A stretch of DNA of 64,000 nucleotides from an uncultured bacterium. Its GTDB lineage: Bacteria > Cyanobacteriota > Cyanobacteriia > Cyanobacteriales > JASJDA01. A program made the translations under genes and the position numbers. The DNA lies in contig CAYWIH010000006.1 of the NCBI GenBank assembly GCA_964458305.1, positions 5,884 to 69,883 of the forward strand. The letters run 5' to 3'. The stretch's first letter is position 1. Each line of letters opens with the position of its first letter. Below, piece by piece: positions 20,471 through 30,692 of the stretch. The notes beneath the pieces are model-generated. The model saw nothing but the letters and a program-made list of their open reading frames with translations. It ran no database searches and had not been told where the DNA came from.

Positions 20471-21656
20471 CCTACCGCCACTACTCCACGTTGGGCAACA
20501 ATTTGCGCTGCCGCTACATCTCGATTTGTCCGATAGCCACACTCGCAAATGTGCATTCTTTCAGATAGCAATTTCAAGCCCGTTATAGTTTGACAGGCCG
20601 GACAAGTTTGACTCGTTAGATTGGGGTCTACTCGATCGAAGTAAACCCCTCTTTTCCAACAAACAAACTCTAAAATGCTTAAAAACTGTCCGAAACCAGC
20701 ATCTAAAGTATGTTTTCTCAACATTCCTTTAGACATAGCTTTTAGGTTTAAGTTTTCAGCAAAAATCATCCCAGCTTCATCACATAATTGATTAGCTATC
20801 TTATAGTGGAAATCTTTTCTCCTGTTAGAGATATGTTCGTGGAGCTTTGCTACTTTCTTGGCTGCTTTTTTCCAATTGCTAGAATTTTTTTTCTTTTTGC
20901 TCATACTCCGTTGTAGCGATTTCAGCTTACTTTGAAGTGAAACAAAAAACTTTGGTCTAGCGACAAGCTTACCTGTAGAGGTAGCTAAAAACTTTTGTAG
21001 TCCTAGATCTATACCTAATGGTTCTCCATGAGGCATCGGACTTGGTACATCTACCTCCATTTTTAGAGTTAACATTGCATACCAGCCTGATACGCGCTTA
21101 ACTATCCGAACTTGTTTTAACTCAAAACCATCAGGTATTGGTCGAGATTGTCTCATTTTTATCCAACCAATTTTAGGCAGTTTAACTGCATTATTTTTTA
21201 ATGGTTTAACTCCCATTTGTGGGTAAACAAAAGACTTCATCCTATTAGTTGATTTAAAGCGAGGAAATCCATGTCCTCTATCCCACATAGCAACATATGC
21301 ATTTTCTAAACGCTTTAAAGTGTGTTGTAAGACATGAACGTGAACTTTTCCTAATTCTGGAAAGTCTTTTCTTGCTTTAGTCAAAGCTTTGCACTGAGTT
21401 AAGTAAGTCGGACGCTTGCTGTTAGCGGGAATGATGTACTCTTTTTTTAAACTACAAGCATTAATATCGCACTTTCTCGAATTAACCCAATCCTTTCTTT
21501 CTGCTAGTGCATAATTATATACTTTGCGACAAGCAATTAGCCAAGACTCAAATATTGAGGCTTGTTCGGTGGTTGGTTTGAGTTTGAATTCATAAGTGAG
21601 GACTAACATGATAAAATTATACTATATTTTATCAAGGGTGGGTAAACATAGCTGGA
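20286..21656 (-). mobile_element. IS200/IS605-family (IS1341-like) element carrying tnpB only, with no tnpA
   Basis: The tnpB ORF has a structured 3' end and a short 5' leader. The composition shift at about 20285 is taken as the right end. The left end is approximate. Confidence 0.6.
20401..21609 (-). CDS. tnpB: TnpB / OrfB RNA-guided endonuclease (IS605 OrfB family)
   Basis: 402 aa starting 'MLVLTYEFKLKPT'. RuvC triad contexts are 'GIDLGL', 'IFAENLNLK' and 'NRDVAAAQ'. Zinc ribbon 'CPACQ...CECG'. The catalytic residues look intact. Confidence 0.87.
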   Translation of the reverse strand: MLVLTYEFKLKPTTEQASIFESWLIACRKVYNYALAERKDWVNSRKCDINACSLKKEYIIPANSKRPTYLTQCKALTKARKDFPELGKVHVHVLQHTLKRLENAYVAMWDRGHGFPRFKSTNRMKSFVYPQMGVKPLKNNAVKLPKIGWIKMRQSRPIPDGFELKQVRIVKRVSGWYAMLTLKMEVDVPSPMPHGEPLGIDLGLQKFLATSTGKLVARPKFFVSLQSKLKSLQRSMSKKKKNSSNWKKAAKKVAKLHEHISNRRKDFHYKIANQLCDEAGMIFAENLNLKAMSKGMLRKHTLDAGFGQFLSILEFVCWKRGVYFDRVDPNLTSQTCPACQTITGLKLLSERMHICECGYRTNRDVAAAQIVAQRGVVAVGHTVQACGGIGLKDPREARIQTF

Positions 21657-22097
21657 GTGGGAGGAAAGTTCTTTAGCTACCGTCTGTTGCCGATTTGGAG
21701 AGAAAAAGTCTTGAATCTCATTAAAAACAGTCAAGATTTAAATTTTTTGCAATATATTGGCGATATTTTAGGAACGGAAACCCGAAAGTATAAAAAACAA
21801 TACGACAGCAAAACATTAAATATCTGGCGGGATGCTTGGCTCGATCGCAAACAATATTTAACTGAAGAACTCGAAAAACTCAAACCTATTTTGGCTCTGA
21901 GGGAAAAAGCACGGCGATGGCAACAAAGTTGGCTGTGTATCTTAGCTGGATGTCAAAATTTAACCGTTCTCAAGTATATGGGTCTAGAAATCGAAGCCAG
22001 AAGCGAAGAATTTAGAGATTTTCCTGAAATAGTCGATCGAGTAAAGAATTTTTGGTTCGAGCGATCGAAAGCTGCGATCGAACTGGGTGCGAGTTGA
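21657..22097 (+). CDS. Hypothetical protein with an internal two-fold repeat
   Basis: 146 aa. The only available start is a GTG flush with the IS end. Two related ~45-aa segments are present: 'QDLNFLQYIGD...WRDAWLDRK' and 'QNLTVLKYMGL...NFWFERSK'. Confidence 0.4.
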   Translation: MGGKFFSYRLLPIWREKVLNLIKNSQDLNFLQYIGDILGTETRKYKKQYDSKTLNIWRDAWLDRKQYLTEELEKLKPILALREKARRWQQSWLCILAGCQNLTVLKYMGLEIEARSEEFRDFPEIVDRVKNFWFERSKAAIELGAS

Positions 22098-22162
22098 ATT
22101 TGCTTAAAATAAATCTGTATCCTAAAAATAGATAAAATTTTAGTTGGCATACAGAAAAAAGC

Positions 22163-23152
22163 ATGAACCAGGTAGACTATCTTCGTATCAGTATCGTCGA
22201 TCGCTGTAATTTTCGGTGTCAGTACTGTATGCCAGAAGCAGAAAAACTAAAATATATCCTCGGACAAGAGTTATTAACCTCAGAAGAGATATTAACCTTG
22301 CTCCAAGAAGTATTTATTCCTTTAGGGTTTACTAAGTTTCGTCTCACTGGTGGAGAACCATTATTGCGTCCGGGAGTGGTAGAATTAGTGCGGGCGATCG
22401 CGAAGCTGCCAGAAACAGAAGACTTATCCTTAAGTACCAACGGTTTTTTATTGGCAGATTTAGCCGCAGATCTCTACCAAGCAGGTTTGCGTAGGATTAA
22501 TATTAGTTTAGATTCCCTCGATCGAGAAACTTTTGATAAAATTACAGGCAGTCGCGGTCGCAGTTTTTGGCAGCAAACTTGGAGCGGAATAGAAAAGGCC
22601 CATCAAGTAGGTTTCGATCCGCTCAAGTTAAATGTAGTGGTTATTCCCGGCATTAACGATCGCGAAATATTAGATTTAGCTGCTTTGAGTATCGATCGCA
22701 ACTGGCACGTTAGATTTATCGAATTTATGCCGATCGGTAATATGAATTTATTTAACGATCGCGCTTGGATCTCTTCGGAACAATTGAGAGCGCGAATAAA
22801 AAGTAAATGGGGTTTAATAAGTTCTAATGTCAAAGGAAACGGCCCGGCCGATGTATTTAAAATACCTGGTGCGAAAGGAACTTTAGGGTTTATTTCCCAA
22901 ATGTCCGAATGTTTTTGCGATCGCTGCAATAGAATGCGTTTATCTGCCGATGGTTGGTTGCGTCCTTGTTTGCTCAACGAAGACGGTCAAATAGATTTAA
23001 AAACTCTTCTCCGTCAAGGTACATCTACAGAAATATTGCGGCAAAAAATCAGTAATTTGCTGCTAATTAAACCAGAAATTAATTTTAAACAAAGAGAATC
23101 GGGTACTGAGGCATCTGTTTACCAGCGTACCATGTCTCAAATTGGAGGATAA
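22163..23152 (+). CDS. moaA: GTP 3',8-cyclase MoaA (molybdenum cofactor biosynthesis, radical SAM)
   Basis: 329 aa. Radical SAM cluster motif '[12 protein letters not shown]' and C-terminal second cluster motif '[15 protein letters not shown]'. Confidence 0.92.
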   Translation: MNQVDYLRISIVDRCNFRCQYCMPEAEKLKYILGQELLTSEEILTLLQEVFIPLGFTKFRLTGGEPLLRPGVVELVRAIAKLPETEDLSLSTNGFLLADLAADLYQAGLRRINISLDSLDRETFDKITGSRGRSFWQQTWSGIEKAHQVGFDPLKLNVVVIPGINDREILDLAALSIDRNWHVRFIEFMPIGNMNLFNDRAWISSEQLRARIKSKWGLISSNVKGNGPADVFKIPGAKGTLGFISQMSECFCDRCNRMRLSADGWLRPCLLNEDGQIDLKTLLRQGTSTEILRQKISNLLLIKPEINFKQRESGTEASVYQRTMSQIGG

Positions 23153-23187
23153 AGATACAGACGTTCGCATTGAACGTCTTTACCGAG

Positions 23188-23796
23188 TTAAACTTTACGA
23201 GAGTAATACTCAACCACTAACAGTTCGTTAATTTGTAAAGCCACCCATTCCCGTTCGATAATACCGTTCACTTTACCAACTAAAGTATTTTTGTCAAACT
23301 CTAAATGACTGGGAAGGTTCGCCAAACCAGGATATTCCATATTCGTTTCTACTAAACGTTTGGAACTATTGCGGTTTCTAATGCTAATTACGTCTCCAGG
23401 ACGACACTGATAGCTGGCAATATCTACCACACCACCATTTACAGTAACATGACCGTGACAAACTAACTGACGCGCTCCAGGAATAGTTCCGGCCATCCCC
23501 AAACGAAATACTGTATTATCTAAGCGCATCTCTAACAATTCTAATAAAGCAGTACCCGTCGAACCAGAAGCACGACGCGCTTTACGCATATAAGACATTA
23601 ACTGCTTTTCGCTGACACCGTAATTGAAACGCAATTTTTGTTTTTCTTCCAAACGGATCGCATATTCCGATCGCTTTCTTCTAGCTTGTCCGTGTTGTCC
23701 TGGGGGATATGATTTGCGGGCATTTTTACGCGTTAATCCTGGTAATTCCCCCAAACGTCTTGTAATCCGCAAACGAGGGCCTCTATATCGAGACAT
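23188..23796 (-). CDS. rpsD: 30S ribosomal protein S4
   Basis: 202 aa starting '[16 protein letters not shown]', with an S4 RNA-binding domain. Confidence 0.96.
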   Translation of the reverse strand: MSRYRGPRLRITRRLGELPGLTRKNARKSYPPGQHGQARRKRSEYAIRLEEKQKLRFNYGVSEKQLMSYMRKARRASGSTGTALLELLEMRLDNTVFRLGMAGTIPGARQLVCHGHVTVNGGVVDIASYQCRPGDVISIRNRNSSKRLVETNMEYPGLANLPSHLEFDKNTLVGKVNGIIEREWVALQINELLVVEYYSRKV

Positions 23797-24103
23797 ACTG
23801 TTTATTATTCTCCTTTTTTTCGGGTTTTATTTGCTTTTAAATTCGGTCAATCGAGCGGCCGTCTAATTCTTAATCTTTGTTAGAATCGATCGGCTTGCTA
23901 ATACTTGACCCAAATATACTATTATACGACAGATTGGTAGTTATGGGTGATTTTTTCTCTTGAGATTGGCAAGTCACAAAGAAAATATTTTTGAGCTGCG
24001 CGATCGTTGTTTCTGGGAGGGTGCGGAGGTGACAAAATATAATTCGTAATGGATAAGTCCTGTTTTAAGGCATACAATTTATTTGGGAAGTTAGAAAAAT
24101 AAA

Positions 24104-24586
24104 ATGAGGCAAGAGCTAGGCAGTTTTAGCAGTATCATTTGTTTGAAAGCAGTTATCGTCGGTGTTGAAGAGGCTTTAGGAGAAAAAGCAGGAGCTATTG
24201 CTACTATTGCAGCAGGTCGCAAACGCGGTAAAGAATTAGCTCGATCTTTAGGTTTTGACGAAAATTCACTCTTAACCAACTCAATTCAAGTACTAACAAG
24301 CAAAGCCAGCTATGCTTTAGGAAAAGAAGGTACTCGTTTGTGTATTATCGAAAGAATAACTGAAATAGGTAATAAATACAGAGTTTACGTTCGAGAAACT
24401 GTCGAATCTGACGGCGAACCTCCTCAAAGTAGCAGAAAATGTACTTACACGTTAGGAGCAATTCAAGGCTTTCTTGAAGCTTGTTTGGGGAAGCGTTTGC
24501 GAGGAAAACAAATCGCTTCTGCAGTTAATAACGAGCGATACGATATTTTTGAATACATAATTCTAGCTCCCAAAAAATGCCATTAA
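24104..24586 (+). CDS. Hypothetical protein, possibly V4R (4-vinyl reductase-like) domain
   Basis: 160 aa. 'CTYTLGAIQGFLEACLGK' resembles the V4R C-x-x-x-x-G-x-x-x-G pattern. The assignment is weak. Confidence 0.45.
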   Translation: MRQELGSFSSIICLKAVIVGVEEALGEKAGAIATIAAGRKRGKELARSLGFDENSLLTNSIQVLTSKASYALGKEGTRLCIIERITEIGNKYRVYVRETVESDGEPPQSSRKCTYTLGAIQGFLEACLGKRLRGKQIASAVNNERYDIFEYIILAPKKCH

Positions 24587-24641
24587 ATTTTAATTAAATT
24601 ACCTCGAAAATTAAGATATTATTTCTTCCTAAAAAATTAAC

Positions 24642-24661
24642 CCTCTTCTTTTCAGAAGAGG
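24642..24661 (-). terminator. Putative intrinsic terminator downstream of glgA
   Basis: 8-bp perfect stem 'cctcttct'/'agaagagg' with a 4-nt loop. The minus strand continues 'gttaatttttt'. Confidence 0.45.
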
Positions 24662-24670
24662 TAGATCGAA

Positions 24671-26125
24671 TTAATTAGAATCAGCAGTTAGAGCAGCTAT
24701 TTTTTGCTTTTCTGCCTCGTTTAATTCCCCAGATTGTCCGGTAATTTCCTTGTAGATTTTGATATATTCGATCGCCGACTTATACCAACTATAATCTTGC
24801 TTCATGCCTCGTTGCTGCAGCTCAGACCAAGTATGGCGATGTCGGAAACCTTCCCAAGCCCTAACCATACAAGTATAAAGATCTAAAGGTTCGTAGCGAT
24901 CGAAAGAATAACCAGTGCCAGAATTCTCGATCGGATCGTGAAAAGAAACAGTATCGACCAAACCGCCAGTTTGTCGGACGATCGGAACGCAACCGTAGCG
25001 CATAGCCAACAACTGAGAGATCCCGCAAGGTTCGAAGCGAGAAGGCATTAACAGGGCATCAGCACCGCTATAAATACGACGAGAAAGAGCATCATTATAG
25101 AGTAATTGTACCGCCATTCTGCCGCGAAAATTCCCCGATAACTGCCAAAGTTGAGTTTCATAATAGCGATCGCCAGAACCGAGAATGACTATTTGGGAGT
25201 TAGTATAAGACATAAAGCGATCGAGAACTTGTAAAACCAAATCGACACCTTTTTGCTCGACCAAACGAGTCACCATCGCCACTAAAAAAGTATTTTTGTT
25301 AACTTCTAAACCTATTTCTTCTTGTAAAGCGATTTTATTAGCCGTTCTTTTGGCGATCGTCTCGACGCTAAAATTTTGAGCGATATATTTATCTTTTTTG
25401 GGATCGTAAACTTCGGTATCGATACCGTTAAGAATGCCAACTAAATTGCCGCTAACATAAGAAAGCAGTCCGTGTAATTTTTCGCCGTATTCGGCTGTTT
25501 GGATTTGTTTGGCATAAGTTGGAGAAACAGTCGTCACTCGATTGGCAAATTGAATTGCCGCCGACATGGTATTATCTCCCTGCATATACCAAGGACACCA
25601 GGTATTTCTTTCTAAAAACCATTTTCCCGGCCCTTGATAAGCTAAATTATGAATGGTGAAGACGGTGGCAATATCGGGAGATTGATGCATCCAGACCGGG
25701 ATCATGCCAGTATGCCAGTCGTGACAGTGAATAATTTGTGGTTTCCAATCGTAATTCCAAGCAAACTCAGCCGCACCATTAGAGAAAAAAGTAAAACGCC
25801 AAGCTTCATCTTCTCCAGCATATACGTTACGGGGATCGAAAGCCGGATGACCGAATAAATAAACAGGAACGTCAGTATTGGGTAAAATAGACTCGTAGAC
25901 CGCAAAATCGTTAAACATCGCGCTTCCTTTCCAAACAGGATGCTCTGGAATATCGATTTTGTCAGGAAGAAAGCCATAATAAGGCATAAAGATCCGAACG
26001 TCGTAGCCTAATTTTCTTAAAATTTTTGGCAATGCACCGACAACATCTCCCATTCCGCCAATTTTAGCTAACGGTGCAGCTTCGGCGGCAACAAATAAAA
26101 TTCGCATATTTTTTTGCGTTCCCAT
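24671..26125 (-). CDS. glgA: Glycogen (starch) synthase
   Basis: 484 aa. '[27 protein letters not shown]' carries the K-x-G-G motif. GT5 C-terminus '[18 protein letters not shown]'. Confidence 0.92.
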   Translation of the reverse strand: MGTQKNMRILFVAAEAAPLAKIGGMGDVVGALPKILRKLGYDVRIFMPYYGFLPDKIDIPEHPVWKGSAMFNDFAVYESILPNTDVPVYLFGHPAFDPRNVYAGEDEAWRFTFFSNGAAEFAWNYDWKPQIIHCHDWHTGMIPVWMHQSPDIATVFTIHNLAYQGPGKWFLERNTWCPWYMQGDNTMSAAIQFANRVTTVSPTYAKQIQTAEYGEKLHGLLSYVSGNLVGILNGIDTEVYDPKKDKYIAQNFSVETIAKRTANKIALQEEIGLEVNKNTFLVAMVTRLVEQKGVDLVLQVLDRFMSYTNSQIVILGSGDRYYETQLWQLSGNFRGRMAVQLLYNDALSRRIYSGADALLMPSRFEPCGISQLLAMRYGCVPIVRQTGGLVDTVSFHDPIENSGTGYSFDRYEPLDLYTCMVRAWEGFRHRHTWSELQQRGMKQDYSWYKSAIEYIKIYKEITGQSGELNEAEKQKIAALTADSN

Positions 26126-26240
26126 AATACCTTCGTTAGTGATTTTTGCACACTTTAGGAACGTAACTTAAAGATTGCTTTAGATTCACTTCTTTAGAGA
26201 GACCGAAAAAATCGATCGAGCTATTTTTCGAGCGTTGACT

Positions 26241-26858
26241 ATGGAATATCAATATATTTTGTTTTATAAACCCTATGGAGTATTGTGTCAGTTTAGCGAC
26301 AATAGCAGCTCAGAAGAACCTCGACCTACCTTAAAAGACTATATTCCCCTTCCCTCGGTTTATCCAGTCGGAAGGCTCGATAAGGACAGCGAAGGATTGT
26401 TATTATTAACCGACGATGGGATCTTAAAACATCGCCTCTCTCATCGCAAATTTGCCCATCCGCGAACTTACTGGGTACAAGTCGAGAGAATACCAGATCC
26501 CAAAGCACTTTTAAAACTGAGCCAAGGAGTCGAAATTAAAGGTTATCGTACTCGTAAAGCTAAAGTTAAAAAAATCCTCGAAGAACCATTTTTACCCCCC
26601 CGCAATCCACCCATACGCTATCGTAAAAGTGTGCCGACCTGTTGGTTAGAAATAACACTCACAGAAGGTCGCAACCGTCAAGTAAGACGGATGACAGCCG
26701 CAGTAGGTTATCCTACTTTACGCCTAGTTAGAGTGGCGATCGGCATAGCTGAGGGTAATAAAATAACTCAATTATGTTTGAACGGTCTCAAATGCGGTCA
26801 GTGGCGTTATGTAAATTTAACGGAAAAAAAAGTTTTAGAAAAATTATGTCGCAAATAA
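26241..26858 (+). CDS. Pseudouridine synthase, RsuA/RluE family
   Basis: The ATG at 26241 lies two codons inside the tracked TTG ORF. Catalytic motif '[17 protein letters not shown]', plus 'GRNRQVRRM'. Confidence 0.82.
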   Translation: MEYQYILFYKPYGVLCQFSDNSSSEEPRPTLKDYIPLPSVYPVGRLDKDSEGLLLLTDDGILKHRLSHRKFAHPRTYWVQVERIPDPKALLKLSQGVEIKGYRTRKAKVKKILEEPFLPPRNPPIRYRKSVPTCWLEITLTEGRNRQVRRMTAAVGYPTLRLVRVAIGIAEGNKITQLCLNGLKCGQWRYVNLTEKKVLEKLCRK

Positions 26859-27016
26859 TTTATATTTCTATAAAAAATCAAAAAATTTCTTAAAAATAGA
26901 GCAGAATCTTGCAAAATTTAAAGATAAAGATAGTAAAACTCGATAAATTTTTAGAAAAAAAACCTGCAATTCCCAGGCGATCGAAAATTTTTGACAATTA
27001 TTAATTACCAAAAATA

Positions 27017-27529
27017 ATGATGGATTTAAATTTACACTATCCGATCTTCGGCCCCGATATTCGCTGTCCTCACTGTCGCCAAATCATACCAGCATTAACT
27101 TTAACCGATACCTATTTGTGTCCGCGTCACGGTGCTTTTGAAGCAGATCCCGAAACAAAAGAATTGATTCATCTCCAGTCTGGAAGACACTGGAAACTCT
27201 GGCAAAATGAATGGTACAGACAGCACACCCATCCAGATGGCATTAGGTTTGAAATTCACGAAGCTTTAGATCGTTTGTACACTGAAGGTTATAAAGCGAC
27301 AAAAGTCGTCATTGCCAGCCGTTATAAAGAATTAGTAAGTTCTTATTTAGAGCGTAACAACCCCTGGCAGAAAAAACCCGACTCACAAAATCCCAAACTG
27401 TACGGACTTCCAGTAGAATTTAGTCCCGATCCCTCCAAAGAAGATCGTTGGCAAGTAATTAACTTCAATTTAGAAAAAGAAGAAGGAGTCCCCGGACGCT
27501 ATCCTTACGCATTTAAATTTTTTGAATAG
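27017..27529 (+). CDS. Conserved hypothetical protein with an N-terminal zinc-ribbon-like motif
   Basis: 170 aa. 'CPHCRQ...CPRHG' forms a four-ligand motif. Composition and codon use resemble the neighbouring core genes. Confidence 0.55.
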   Translation: MMDLNLHYPIFGPDIRCPHCRQIIPALTLTDTYLCPRHGAFEADPETKELIHLQSGRHWKLWQNEWYRQHTHPDGIRFEIHEALDRLYTEGYKATKVVIASRYKELVSSYLERNNPWQKKPDSQNPKLYGLPVEFSPDPSKEDRWQVINFNLEKEEGVPGRYPYAFKFFE

Positions 27530-27541
27530 CGTAACCTAATT

Positions 27542-28006
27542 ATGATGCATCACGCTTCGATTCGAACGGCTAACATTCACCAGGCGATCGCTTTTTATGA
27601 AAAGTTAGGATTTACCGTTCGAGAAAGGTTTACCACAGGATATACTTTGGCTTGTTGGCTCGAGGGACTAGGAGGACGGATCGAATTAATTCAAATTCCC
27701 GAACCAAAACCCCCGGCCGATCCTTTCGGCGACGAGCATTATGTGGGATACTATCATCTATCCTTCGATCTCACCGAATTAACCCCAGACTTACCCAGTT
27801 GGTTGCAAGCAATCGAGAAAAGTTTTGCCGAAGCAGCATCAGCAGATCCCCAGCAATTTCAACCTCTCAAAATACTATTGCAACCCAGCCAACAAATTAT
27901 CGGCGATCGGGTTTATGAAGTGGCTTTTATTGCCGATCGCGATGGTTTACCTTTGGAGTTCATTCGCGTTTTAGCAATTCGATCGGGATCGATAGATGGA
28001 GAATAA
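27542..28006 (+). CDS. VOC (glyoxalase/bleomycin-resistance/dioxygenase) family protein
   Basis: 154 aa. 'HHASIRTANIHQAIAFYEKLGF' is the typical first beta-alpha-beta unit of the VOC fold. Confidence 0.65.
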   Translation: MMHHASIRTANIHQAIAFYEKLGFTVRERFTTGYTLACWLEGLGGRIELIQIPEPKPPADPFGDEHYVGYYHLSFDLTELTPDLPSWLQAIEKSFAEAASADPQQFQPLKILLQPSQQIIGDRVYEVAFIADRDGLPLEFIRVLAIRSGSIDGE

Positions 28007-28135
28007 CAACTGTCTAAATTTATTGCCGATTGCTTCTTCTTTCTGCTAGATCTCGATCGCCCTCGAGATAGTAAACTAATACTACACTAGCAAAGAAAGT
28101 TTTTGCAACTGAACCCAAGTCTGACGCACTACCTT

Positions 28136-28510
28136 TTAATCTCCATATTTTTCTTTAAGTTTTTTGTAATATTTTCTTTCTTCTTCTTCCGCTAAATTTG
28201 GGTTTTCTTCTTCTTTTTTCAAAGGCTCATCTATTTTTGAATTTTCAACTATTTTAATATTTATTTCGTCCCCTACTTGTAAAGTTCGATCTATCCATTT
28301 GTAATTATATCTATCTCCTTCTACATCTAAACTTGTACCTCCGACACTTATTGCGATTCTTTTTTTTATTAAACTTTCAGATTCTTGGTTTGAAGTTGAA
28401 TCTTCATGATTTTTTTTAACCCAACTGATAATTGTACTCAAAACACCAGTTGAATATAAACCTGCATTACAAACTTTCTCCCCATTAATTTTTATTTCAA
28501 ATACCATCAT
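28136..28510 (-). CDS. Hypothetical protein, second gene of a small orphan pair
   Basis: 124-aa ORF. Its ATG lies 2 nt after the stop of the upstream 66-aa ORF. The C-terminal tail is charged (Lys/Glu-rich). No family recognised. Confidence 0.4.
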   Translation of the reverse strand: MMVFEIKINGEKVCNAGLYSTGVLSTIISWVKKNHEDSTSNQESESLIKKRIAISVGGTSLDVEGDRYNYKWIDRTLQVGDEINIKIVENSKIDEPLKKEEENPNLAEEEERKYYKKLKEKYGD

Positions 28511-28512
28511 TG

Positions 28513-28713
28513 TTATATATCCTCAACACTTTCGGTTATAATATTTTTATAACTTAAGGCTCGATCGCTATTTTCAAGAGCTTTCATTTTATCCCGAAGA
28601 ATTTGGCGAGTTTCTTGCATTAAAGGATCGGCTTTGGGAAGATGTTTTTTAGCTCTAGGTTCAAATCTTTTAAGTCGTGATTTTTGGTAACTATCAGCTA
28701 CAGTCTTTAACAT
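28513..28713 (-). CDS. Hypothetical small basic helical protein, first gene of a small orphan pair
   Basis: 66-aa ORF, apparently translationally coupled to 28136-28510 ('TAA CA ATG'). Confidence 0.35.
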   Translation of the reverse strand: MLKTVADSYQKSRLKRFEPRAKKHLPKADPLMQETRQILRDKMKALENSDRALSYKNIITESVEDI

Positions 28714-29104
28714 TATCTTGTATAGTTTTTAACCCTTTACTTTATTGGTATTAATAAATTTTTGACTGAAATTTTAAAAATGCTCCCTAGTAGGTTGTAA
28801 AGAGAAATAAGTGTAATTTAGGTTAGAATCGATCGCAAACTGGTACATTATAGTTATGAGTAAGTTATAAGCTAATAAATAAGTATAAATTTATTGGCGG
28901 ATCGTTTCCGGGGTTTTACAGCTTAAAATAAAAAAATTGTCAAAAAAATATAATAAAAACCTCTTTATTTAATAATATGAAAAAACCTCAAAAAGATTGT
29001 TATTTTTCACCTGGTGACCTCTGAGCTTGTAACGTCATCTTATTACTTTGAAGAAATGGTATTACTTCTTCCTTCTGATATTTTTTTGGGATAAAAATAA
29101 CAAT

Positions 29105-29129
29105 TCGCTACCCGAGTGACGAGTAGCGA
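29105..29129 (-). terminator. Putative intrinsic terminator downstream of the IMPDH-family gene
   Basis: 10-bp stem with one mismatch, 'tcgctacccg'/'cgagtagcga', and a 5-nt loop. The minus strand continues 'attgttattttta'. Confidence 0.4.
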
Positions 29130-29154
29130 GCTATTTCTGATTATTTTTTTAGTT

Positions 29155-30318
29155 CTATTTACCCATACCCAACTGCTGAGCTTTTTGATAGACTTTCCCT
29201 TCAGTTAATAAAGAAGGAGCAATTACTACCTCAACCTGCTGCATTTCTTTGAGATCTTTTGCTCCCAAAGTACCCATACTAGTTTGCAAAGCACCTAAAA
29301 GGTTGTGAGTGCCGTCATCTAACTTAGCCGGCCCGACCATAATCTCTTGGATCGTCCCAGTAGTACCCACCTTAATGCGAGTACCGCGAGGTAAAACCGG
29401 GCTGGGAGTAGCCATACCCCAATGATAATCGCCTCCAGGAGCTTCGGCAGCCCTAGCTATGGGAGAACCGATCATAACCGCATCCGCACCGCAAGCAATA
29501 CACTTACAGATATCCCCTCCGGTAACGATACCGCCATCGGCAATTACAGGTACGTATTTTCCTGTTTCGCGATGATAATCATCTCTAGCAGCCGCACAAT
29601 CTGCGATCGCAGTTGCTTGAGGTACTCCCACTCCTAAAACGCCCCGAGAAGTACAAGCCGCACCGGGCCCGATCCCGACTAAAACTCCAGCAGCCCCTGC
29701 TTTCATTAAATTTGTTGCCACTTCGTAAGTAACGCAGTTGCCCATAACTACTGGTACGGGCATATCTTGACAAAAGCCAGCCAGATCTAAAGGAGTATAA
29801 GATTGGGGGGAAAGATGGGCCGTAGAAACTACTGTAGCTTGAACGAATAATAAATCTGTTGGGGAATTAGCTACTACTTCTCCGTATTTTATCGCCCCAG
29901 CCGGAGTCAAACTTACCGCAGCAATACCGCCTTTATCTTTGATTTGGGAGATTCGTTGCTCGATCAGTTTTGGTTTAATTGGTTCGGCGTATAATTCTTG
30001 CATCAGTCCGACAAATTCGGACTTGCCTACCGAAGTAATTTTGTTTAATACTGGTTCTGGATCGGCATAGCGAGTTTGCAAGCCTTCTAAATTCAGAACT
30101 CCCATTGCTCCTAATTCTGAAAGCAAAACAGCCATACGCACGTCTACTACGCCATCCATAGCACTGGCGATAATGGGAATTTGACGTTTAATTTTGCCGA
30201 TTTCCCAGGTTGTATCTGCTAGAGACGGATCTAAGGTTCTAGTTCCCGGTACTAGTGCTATTTCATCGAATCCATAGGCTCGGCGAGCTGTTTTACCGCG
30301 ACCAATTTGAATATCCAC
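29155..30318 (-). CDS. IMP dehydrogenase family protein lacking the CBS insertion (GuaB3-type)
   Basis: 387 aa starting 'MDIQIGRGKTARRAYGFDEIALVPG'. Catalytic-loop region 'GIGPGAACTSRGVLGVG'. The length leaves no room for a Bateman domain. Confidence 0.85.
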   Translation of the reverse strand: MDIQIGRGKTARRAYGFDEIALVPGTRTLDPSLADTTWEIGKIKRQIPIIASAMDGVVDVRMAVLLSELGAMGVLNLEGLQTRYADPEPVLNKITSVGKSEFVGLMQELYAEPIKPKLIEQRISQIKDKGGIAAVSLTPAGAIKYGEVVANSPTDLLFVQATVVSTAHLSPQSYTPLDLAGFCQDMPVPVVMGNCVTYEVATNLMKAGAAGVLVGIGPGAACTSRGVLGVGVPQATAIADCAAARDDYHRETGKYVPVIADGGIVTGGDICKCIACGADAVMIGSPIARAAEAPGGDYHWGMATPSPVLPRGTRIKVGTTGTIQEIMVGPAKLDDGTHNLLGALQTSMGTLGAKDLKEMQQVEVVIAPSLLTEGKVYQKAQQLGMGK

Positions 30319-30692
30319 GCTGCTTATTCGTTTCCCAAGCTATGAAAATAAGTTTTGACATACAGACTCTTGATTGGCGAGCTGCTGCCGATTTTAGGAA
30401 ATTAACCCGCGATCGAACCGAACTTTAAATCCTCGATACAGTCAATTTTGATAACTGTATTTTTTCCTTTGGAATTGCCAACTTCCGATCGGTGTTAATT
30501 CCTACTCTTAAGATCGCTCAATTATGTTAAAGTCGATCTTTAGCTTTTTATTGTTCTTATCAGTTTAACACCAGAGAGGTTACTTAATTTTTATTTATCA
30601 TCCCTAGTCAGTAGTACTATTCTTCAGAGTTTTATACTTATCTTTTAAGTCCTTGCCTGCTCTTAACTTGCGCCGATCTAACCTCAATATGT

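Noticed and set aside
22098-22162. Possible Moco riboswitch upstream of moaA
   Set aside because: Only about 65 nt of AT-rich spacer is available, far shorter than the Moco RNA motif, and no conserved stems were seen.
27652-27918. 88-aa ORF overlapping the VOC-family gene in another frame
   Set aside because: The Arg/Ser-rich translation is typical of an off-frame reading of a real gene, and the VOC frame has the recognisable fold motif.
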